From the NCBI GenBank assembly GCA_965552055.1, contig CBEVQO010000004.1, positions 1 through 64,000 of the forward strand: a stretch of 64,000 bases of DNA. Direction: 5' to 3'. The notes under the pieces are model-generated. The model saw only the letters and a program-made list of their open reading frames with translations, did no database searches and had not been told where the DNA came from. A program made the position numbers and the translations under genes. Shown one piece after another: positions 56,422 to 64,000 of the stretch (position 1 is the stretch's first letter; each line of letters begins with the position of its first letter). This DNA is from an uncultured bacterium (GTDB lineage Bacteria; Hydrothermota; UBA3073; NMUJ01; CBEVQO01).

Positions 56422-56439
56422 TGAAATACCACATCACTT

Positions 56440-56466
56440 ATTTTAACCTTAACTTCATTTTGTCAA
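56440..56466 (-). promoter_or_regulatory. Putative promoter TTGACA-N15-TAAAAT of tRNA-Ser
   Basis: Read from the reverse complement of 56440-56466. Confidence 0.7.
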
Positions 56467-56477
56467 GCATACATTTT

Positions 56478-56867
56478 TTATTTTATCCTTTGTGCACGAA
56501 GCAAAGCATTTTTATCAATTATGATCTCGCGATGCAACGGGTCTAATTTTATCTCGAAGCGTTGCATAAAATCATGTCCTACAAGAATATCGTAATCTTT
56601 ATCGAGCACCCAATCTTCTACGACATAAACAGGATGCATGCACCATACATCGAGAAGTTTTATCTCAAGATTCATTAAATGAGTCACTTCAAATTCTCCT
56701 TCGCCCAAGCCCTTCAATTTAATTTTTCGCGGTAATGCAAGTAATCCTCCCAGCTCTTTTGCGACTGTATGTTTTATAAAAGTAAGAGATGAACCTGTGT
56801 CAAAATATAAATTTAGCTTTTTTGAATTAATAGAGCGCACCTCAAAATTTTTTATTATATCACCCAT
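56478..56867 (-). CDS. Retropepsin-like aspartyl protease (paralog of 1382-1786)
   Basis: YFDTGSS, ILVGHDFMQ. Confidence 0.8.
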   Translation of the reverse strand: MGDIIKNFEVRSINSKKLNLYFDTGSSLTFIKHTVAKELGGLLALPRKIKLKGLGEGEFEVTHLMNLEIKLLDVWCMHPVYVVEDWVLDKDYDILVGHDFMQRFEIKLDPLHREIIIDKNALLRAQRIK

Positions 56868-57085
56868 TATTCCATAAATTTTGTGATTCTTTTCAAATAG
56901 TTGAAAAATCTTACAGCCATAACCGGTATCGCAATACCTATTATTATGAGGGCTACAGGCCAGTATATTCTCCAGATTTGCGGAACAATACCAAGATTAC
57001 GGAGTAAAGCAACTATACCAAGGGAAGCAACAAGCAAACCGACGATTATAAATGGAAAATATATGAAATCCCGTAAAAATGTCAT
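56867..57085 (-). CDS. Small two-TM membrane protein (LiaI/LiaF/DUF5668-like)
   Basis: LGIVALLRNLG...IYWPVALIIIG. Confidence 0.6.
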   Translation of the reverse strand: MTFLRDFIYFPFIIVGLLVASLGIVALLRNLGIVPQIWRIYWPVALIIIGIAIPVMAVRFFNYLKRITKFME

Positions 57086-57423
57086 CTCTCAAATAAAATT
57101 TTGCCTTCTTTTATCGGCTTTTTATCCTTTTTACTTTCAAATTCTTTTTCTGTATAAACGAAAACATCAAGGTCGCAAGGTGCATTCTCATCATAAAATT
57201 CCTTCATCCTGTCACAAAATCTTTTATCAGATTTCTCAACCACTATCACGATATCAATATCACTGGAGGGCAAAAAATCACCTCTTGCATAAGAACCAAT
57301 GAGTATAACCTTTTTCACATTTACATTTTTCTTCAACTTTTCTACATATTCTTTTATGAATTGAAAAACTCTTTCCTTATTTGGGAAAATTACTTTTACA
57401 GAATTTGATGATTTCTTCAGCAT
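57082..57423 (-). CDS. Minimal nucleotidyltransferase (MNT)
   Basis: ILIGSYARGD....SDIDIVIV, DVFVYT. Confidence 0.88.
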   Translation of the reverse strand: MLKKSSNSVKVIFPNKERVFQFIKEYVEKLKKNVNVKKVILIGSYARGDFLPSSDIDIVIVVEKSDKRFCDRMKEFYDENAPCDLDVFVYTEKEFESKKDKKPIKEGKILFER

Positions 57424-57760
57424 AGCTTATTGCCCTTTCTGCTTCTGCTTTTGTATAATGTTCATGTGGTATCCCTTCTGCATGCATATTTGGATATCGA
57501 GGTCCCAGATAAAATTTGTCTAACTCTTTTGCTTTTTCTATTAATTCTTCCGGAACTCTTAGTGGTAATCTTTTAAGCAATCCTGCGATATTGTGTCCAT
57601 ATGCCTCTGAATTCAACGCATTAAAGAGAGCTTTTACTGCCTTTTCGGCTGATTGCTGAGCGGAAAAGCACGCCCATTCATAGAAGCCATCATTTAAATC
57701 TTTTCGGGCATGTTCAAGGTCAACTTCTGCCTGCATCATCCAGTCCCTGCTTCGCTCCAT
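57377..57760 (-). CDS. HEPN domain protein
   Basis: WACFSAQQSAEKAVKA, GHNI, LDKFY..PRYP. Confidence 0.88.
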   Translation of the reverse strand: MERSRDWMMQAEVDLEHARKDLNDGFYEWACFSAQQSAEKAVKALFNALNSEAYGHNIAGLLKRLPLRVPEELIEKAKELDKFYLGPRYPNMHAEGIPHEHYTKAEAERAISYAEEIIKFCKSNFPK

Positions 57761-57761
57761 T

Positions 57762-59192
57762 TTATCCTTTTACCACGCCTATTGGGCGCATTTTACATAC
57801 TTTGCGTGAAATGCCCGCTCTGTGCGTAACATCAACAACGATATCAACATCTTTGTATGCTTCGGGTACTTCTTCGTGCAATGTCTTTTCGGATTTTGCC
57901 ATAACCATTATGCCTTTGCCTGCCATCTCCCTCTCAATATTTCTTCCCCTTGTTCTTCTTATTGCTTCATGGCGTGACATAACTCTACCTGCTCCATGTG
58001 CAGTTGTGCCGAATGTCTCTTTCATAGCGAGTTCTGTACCAACAAGCACATAAGATGCTGTCCCCATATCTCCCGGTATAAGCACGGGTTGACCTGTTTT
58101 TCTGTATTTTTCGGGTAATGCTGGATGACCCGCTGGAAATGCCCTTGTAGCACCCTTGCGATGAACACAAACTTCTATCTCCTTGCCATCAACAACATGC
58201 TTTTCAAATTTTCCAATGTTATGGGCAACATCATAAACGAGTTCAAGTCCTAACTCTTCTTCTTTTATTCCGAACACCTGCATAAACGACTCTCTAACCC
58301 AATGAGTTATTGCCTGACGATTTGCCCATGCATAATTTGCAGCACAAAACATCGCCTTTATATAAGATTGACCCTCTTCGGAATTTATAGGTGCACATGC
58401 CAATTCTTTATCAGGAACATGAATCCCATATTTATGCACTGCCCTTTCAAGCACTCTCAAATAATCACTACAAACCTGATGACCAAATCCCCTTGAACCT
58501 GTATGAATCATGCAGGTAACGAAACCTTTCCTCAATCCCCATTCTTCTGCGAGTTTTTCATCGTAAACTTCCACAACTTCCTGTATCTCAAGGAAATGAT
58601 TTCCAGCACCAAGTGTGCCGAGCTGGGGTTGACCACGCTCATAAGCTCTTGGTGGAACTTTGCCAGGGTCTGCGCCCTTTATAGCACCTCCTTCCTCACA
58701 TGCAATCAAATCTTCTTTCTTGCCGAGACCCCTTCTTACCATCCAGCGAGCACCTTCAACAAGTACTTCTTCGAGCTCACGCCTGCTTAAGCGTAACTTG
58801 CCTTTTTCACCCACACCACATGGCACATTATCGTAAATAGCCCTCAATAATTCTCTCAATCTCTTTTTAACATCGGAAACTTTCAAATTTGTTCTCAATA
58901 ATCTAACACCGCAATTTATATCGTAACCAATTCCTCCTGGCGATATAACACCATCACTTACCCTTGTTGCAGCAACACCCCCTATCGGGAAGCCATATCC
59001 TGTATGAATATCTGGCATTGCGATCGAATATCCGACGATTCCGGGTAAATGCGCAACATTTTTAACCTGGCGTAAAGCACCTTGCTCAATCTCTTTTAAC
59101 ATCCTTTCGCTCGCATAAATAACCCCTGGAACACGCATGCCACCTTCTTTCGGTACCTCCCATTTATATTCTGATATTTTTCTCAAGTTCAT
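57762..59192 (-). CDS. rtcB: RNA-splicing/repair ligase RtcB (long, archaeal-like type)
   Basis: MPDIH.GYGFPIGG, GYDINCG, GNHFLE, HTGSRG, HN, HRKGAT, HGAGR. Confidence 0.95.
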   Translation of the reverse strand: MNLRKISEYKWEVPKEGGMRVPGVIYASERMLKEIEQGALRQVKNVAHLPGIVGYSIAMPDIHTGYGFPIGGVAATRVSDGVISPGGIGYDINCGVRLLRTNLKVSDVKKRLRELLRAIYDNVPCGVGEKGKLRLSRRELEEVLVEGARWMVRRGLGKKEDLIACEEGGAIKGADPGKVPPRAYERGQPQLGTLGAGNHFLEIQEVVEVYDEKLAEEWGLRKGFVTCMIHTGSRGFGHQVCSDYLRVLERAVHKYGIHVPDKELACAPINSEEGQSYIKAMFCAANYAWANRQAITHWVRESFMQVFGIKEEELGLELVYDVAHNIGKFEKHVVDGKEIEVCVHRKGATRAFPAGHPALPEKYRKTGQPVLIPGDMGTASYVLVGTELAMKETFGTTAHGAGRVMSRHEAIRRTRGRNIEREMAGKGIMVMAKSEKTLHEEVPEAYKDVDIVVDVTHRAGISRKVCKMRPIGVVKG

Positions 59193-59209
59193 AACCCCTC
59201 CTTTCTCTA

Positions 59210-59236
59210 AATGTATAAATATTTTTAAATTGTCAA
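59210..59236 (-). promoter_or_regulatory. Putative promoter TTGACA-N15-TACATT of the rtcB operon
   Basis: Reverse complement of 59210-59236, followed by AGGAGG SD. Confidence 0.65.
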
Positions 59237-59248
59237 GTGGGAGATTTT

Positions 59249-60136
59249 TTAAATAATCCTATTTTTAATTCCATATTTCTCACACATCCTTTTTGATTTT
59301 TCTTCAAGTTCCTTCTGATATTCTTTTGATGGTGCAAAAGAGATTTTATATAAACTCTTATATTTTGGTAAAAGCTCGGGGTAGTATTTTTCTAAAAATC
59401 TGTAATAAAGAGTTTTGCAATCCGCATGACCTTTGCCAAATAAAGTCAAACTACCGACAAAAATAAAATCCGCTCCATAATTTTTTGCTTTCCTAATCAT
59501 TTCATCGAGTTTTTCCTCAGAATCCGATAAAAACGGTAATACGGGAATGTAAGAAACACCTGCCATAAGTCCTTCTTCTTTGATTTGTTGCATCGCTTCT
59601 AATCTTTCTACAGGACTGGGGGCACCCGGTTCAAGAAGTTTTGCCAGTTTTTCATCCAAGGTTGAAATCGAAAAATTTACAATTGCACCTCTTTTTAATT
59701 TATTTTTCAAATCTTCCGGTAAAATTGCATTTTTGTCAATCTCTTTAAGCAAATCCAGATCTCTCAAAACCATGGTTGATTTCGTTAAAATATGAACTGG
59801 AAAACGGTATTTAAGAATTATCTCAAGAATTTTCCTTGTTAACTTCAGTTTTTCCTCAATTTTTAGATATGGCTCTGTTGATGTTGATATGGCGATAATT
59901 CCATATTCTCCTTTCTTTTCCCTTCTTTTCAATTGTTTTTCTAAAACTTCAGGTGCATTTATTTTTACAGATAGCGTTTTTGACATGTTTTCACCATATT
60001 TGCTTTCCCTGATATAGCAATAAATGCAATTAAAAGAACAACCAGAATATGGGTTTATTGAATAATCATCTAAAAACCATTCATCCCTCTTTTTATGTTT
60101 ATTTAATATCGATTTTACCTGAATTTCATTTATCAT
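59249..60136 (-). CDS. Radical SAM protein (SplB/Rv2578c-like)
   Basis: SINPYSGCSFNCIYC, TEPY, ILTKS, LEPGAPS...RL. Confidence 0.85.
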   Translation of the reverse strand: MINEIQVKSILNKHKKRDEWFLDDYSINPYSGCSFNCIYCYIRESKYGENMSKTLSVKINAPEVLEKQLKRREKKGEYGIIAISTSTEPYLKIEEKLKLTRKILEIILKYRFPVHILTKSTMVLRDLDLLKEIDKNAILPEDLKNKLKRGAIVNFSISTLDEKLAKLLEPGAPSPVERLEAMQQIKEEGLMAGVSYIPVLPFLSDSEEKLDEMIRKAKNYGADFIFVGSLTLFGKGHADCKTLYYRFLEKYYPELLPKYKSLYKISFAPSKEYQKELEEKSKRMCEKYGIKNRII

Positions 60137-60141
60137 TTTAT

Positions 60142-60645
60142 TTACCAGTACCTTTTACCCTGCAAAAAGGCTTCTATTCCATGTTTCTTAATCTTTCTAA
60201 GATTTTTGATATGAGCATCGCCATGATTTGGTTTTAAAAAATCGAGTTTTTTACAACTTTCGAATTCATCGCACTCCCAGCAACCCTCAATACCTTTTTT
60301 CTGACAGCATTTTCTAATCTTACAGAAAGGAGGTCCTCCACCTTTTCTACAACCTTTACATCGCATTTTAACCATTGCACCGAGAACATCGTAGCAGATC
60401 GGATAATCCTTGAACTCCTTTGCGAATTTCGAAAATTCTTTATAGGTCTTATGAAGTTTCGCCTCCCTTAATTTTTTCCTTAAATCCTTAGCTAATCTTG
60501 CAATTTCACCTTTGTAGAAAAAGCAATCACCACAGTAAAGTCCGCAATAAGCTACAAGTTCTTCATCGGGTTTATCTGTGGATTTTGTTGGGTCTTTCGA
60601 TAAAAACTCTAATTTTTTCTGCTCCTTTTCTGATAGTTTTTTCAT
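60142..60645 (-). CDS. DUF3795 family Cys-rich protein
   Basis: AYCGLYCGDC, CKGCR, CKIRKCC, CWECDEF..C. Confidence 0.8.
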   Translation of the reverse strand: MKKLSEKEQKKLEFLSKDPTKSTDKPDEELVAYCGLYCGDCFFYKGEIARLAKDLRKKLREAKLHKTYKEFSKFAKEFKDYPICYDVLGAMVKMRCKGCRKGGGPPFCKIRKCCQKKGIEGCWECDEFESCKKLDFLKPNHGDAHIKNLRKIKKHGIEAFLQGKRYW

Positions 60646-60676
60646 TCCCTCTTTTATTATCCACTTCGTATTTTTA

Positions 60677-61186
60677 TCATCGACCTTTACTTCTCAAAGC
60701 CCGGCTAATTGCTTTTTTAACATCTTTATCCTTCTCACGCATCGTCTTATCTAAAAACTCCAGACAAATTTTTGACTCTGTTTTCCTCGCCCTTATGTAA
60801 GGTGGGATTGTTGCTACCGCCAATCTTCTTAACCATTTATTATCAGAGTTTATCCATTGCTCCATCAAAGAAAATATTTCTTTTTGATTCTGAACCGCTA
60901 AATTTACAATCACCTTTATCTTTTCTAAAGCACTTATTACAATTAATCTTTCATCTCTTTTGCCTTTTTTCCATAATTTCAATAATTTTTCAAATTTCCA
61001 GTCCTCCTCCAGTAATAACTTGCCCAGTTCTTGCCCTATTGAGTTAAGCAAAGGAGTTCTGGTAAATTTAAGTTTATCGGTCTTCCCCTCCTCAAGTTCT
61101 TTTGAAATTAAAGATAAGGTTAATTCAATATCTTCTTTTTTCAATCCATCGTAAATCAACTTTGCTATTTCTTTTTTATCTTTCAT
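60677..61186 (-). pseudogene. Truncated/frameshifted HEAT-repeat DNA alkylation repair (AlkD-like) gene
   Basis: WINSDNKWLRRLA...DKDVKKAISRALR HEAT motifs; abrupt end, with a plausible C-terminal segment in another frame. Confidence 0.5.
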
Positions 61187-61196
61187 CAGGTTAAGT

Positions 61197-61224
61197 ATTA
61201 TAACAAAGAATAAAAATTTGTCAA
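61197..61224 (-). promoter_or_regulatory. Putative promoter TTGACA-N16-TATAAT with TG extension
   Basis: Read from the reverse complement of 61197-61224. Confidence 0.65.
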
Positions 61225-61234
61225 CCCATTTATC

Positions 61235-62720
<1,486 letters not shown>

Positions 62721-62838
62721 GTTTGCACTGGCTGTGCCAAAAAGTTAAAGGTAAAAATAAATATAAATTGATCTATGGTGGCTTAAAGATGAGTAAAATT
62801 TTTACTTGACACTCTGTTTAAAATTTATAATATTTAAT

Positions 62839-63390
62839 GTGAGGGAGTTGCTAAAATACTCAATGGTTGGATTAATGTTTTTATGTTTCTGCAAAAAAGA
62901 AAAAGTTGATTATTTCCCTAATCAAGATGGTAATTACTGGATTTATGAATATCAAACTCCTAATGATACTTTTCTTGTGCATAAAGAGCTCTGTGGGTAT
63001 GATAACATTGATGGGGTAAAAGTTCAGCGTTTGCTTGAGATAAATCTTGAAACGAACGATACTTCTATTTTTTATTTCAGCAAGACAGAAGATAGCGTAT
63101 TTATTTACACTTATCCATATTTGTGGTCAAAGTTTGTGCTCGCTGTTTATTCACTAAAAGAAGGCAATGAATGGCTTGCTTATGAATATACAACTGGTGG
63201 TGAAACTTATAAAGTTATGGGTAGAGTAGAGTGTGAAGAATTTATCGAAGGTTTCGGTAATGCAATAAAGATATCCTATGAGCCGGCTCTTGAATTAAGC
63301 GCAATTTGGGTTATTAATAAAATCGGGATTGTGAAGTTAAAATATAAAACTGGCGAAATAGAATTGCTAAAAGAATATGGGCAACGCTAA
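62839..63390 (+). CDS. Hypothetical exported protein (possible lipoprotein); start uncertain (GTG 62839 or ATG 62863)
   Basis: Hydrophobic stretch then CKK; DYFP..DGNYWIY; the listed TTG start at 62806 is the -35 box. Confidence 0.55.
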   Translation: MRELLKYSMVGLMFLCFCKKEKVDYFPNQDGNYWIYEYQTPNDTFLVHKELCGYDNIDGVKVQRLLEINLETNDTSIFYFSKTEDSVFIYTYPYLWSKFVLAVYSLKEGNEWLAYEYTTGGETYKVMGRVECEEFIEGFGNAIKISYEPALELSAIWVINKIGIVKLKYKTGEIELLKEYGQR

Positions 63391-63949
63391 ATTTATAATA
63401 GGTTTTGTCTTAATAATTTTAATAAGTTGCGGAGGACCCCCTGCTACTGCTAGTATATTAGACCCCAATGGTGATGAAGGAAATGATAATGGTTACCTCG
63501 GGCATGGTGCTGATTCCTTCCCTGTGCCATTAGCAACCTTCCACTTAACCAAAAAAGATGCGCTCTCAGGAGTAAACGCAATTTCAATGACACATTTTGA
63601 CGAGAAAGGTTATCGAAGAGTATTTTTAAGAGTATACCCTGATGACAAGGGAATATATCATTCCGGTGACAATTATTTAGTAGAGATAAAATTTTACGAC
63701 ACTTTGGGACAGGAACACAAGTTTGAACGCGAACTTGCTTGCTGGAAAAAATTAAGAATAGAATGCGATTATTTTGAGGGTTGCTTGCCTGAAGATACTA
63801 CCTGCTGGTGGGTAGTTAAAAGGATTTATCGTGGCGAGGACTTAACGCAATCTCCTTCCCCTGACCCGAATAGAAATCCTTACATAAGATTTGAACCCAG
63901 CCATTACTTATATTTATTAATCGATGACGAAATCCCGGACACATATTGA
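63377..63949 (+). CDS. Hypothetical lipoprotein
   Basis: Lipobox LISC after a hydrophobic signal; 190 aa. Confidence 0.6.
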   Translation: MGNAKFIIGFVLIILISCGGPPATASILDPNGDEGNDNGYLGHGADSFPVPLATFHLTKKDALSGVNAISMTHFDEKGYRRVFLRVYPDDKGIYHSGDNYLVEIKFYDTLGQEHKFERELACWKKLRIECDYFEGCLPEDTTCWWVVKRIYRGEDLTQSPSPDPNRNPYIRFEPSHYLYLLIDDEIPDTY

Positions 63950-64000
63950 CTCTATAAATTTACTATTTGGACGAACTATCGCTCATGAATTAGGGCATTT

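Noticed and set aside
56333..59192. tRNA-Ser as the integration site of an rtcB/HEPN island
   Set aside because: Module lies on the tRNA 5' side; no integrase and no duplicated tRNA 3' end seen

Overview
Gene-dense, AT-rich chromosomal window from a diderm, probably anaerobic and thermophilic bacterium. PorV-like, GWxTD, TamA/TamB and TonB-receptor genes plus K/E/I-rich proteins suggest an FCB-related candidate phylum such as WOR-3; this is inference only. Most genes are housekeeping: lpdA, buk, nadE, archaeal-type pheS/pheT, nusB, ribH, phoH-HD-ybeY, sucD, 2-oxoacid:ferredoxin oxidoreductase, guaB and two tRNAs. Accessory blocks are a sigma28-driven fliC-fliD-fliS unit, a NikR-controlled TonB/ABC metal-uptake operon, an sxtIJK-like carbamoyltransferase cluster, an rtcB-HEPN-MNT operon, a frameshifted WD40-OmpA gene and a decayed alkylation-repair gene. 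The strongest unexplained signal is regulatory. Almost every intergenic region has TTGAC(A/T) followed by a TAnnnT-type -10 box at a 15-bp spacing (canonical sigma70 spacing is 17 +/- 1), and many -10 boxes lie only 5-8 nt from the start codon, implying leaderless mRNAs. No CRISPR array, integrase or transposase was seen.
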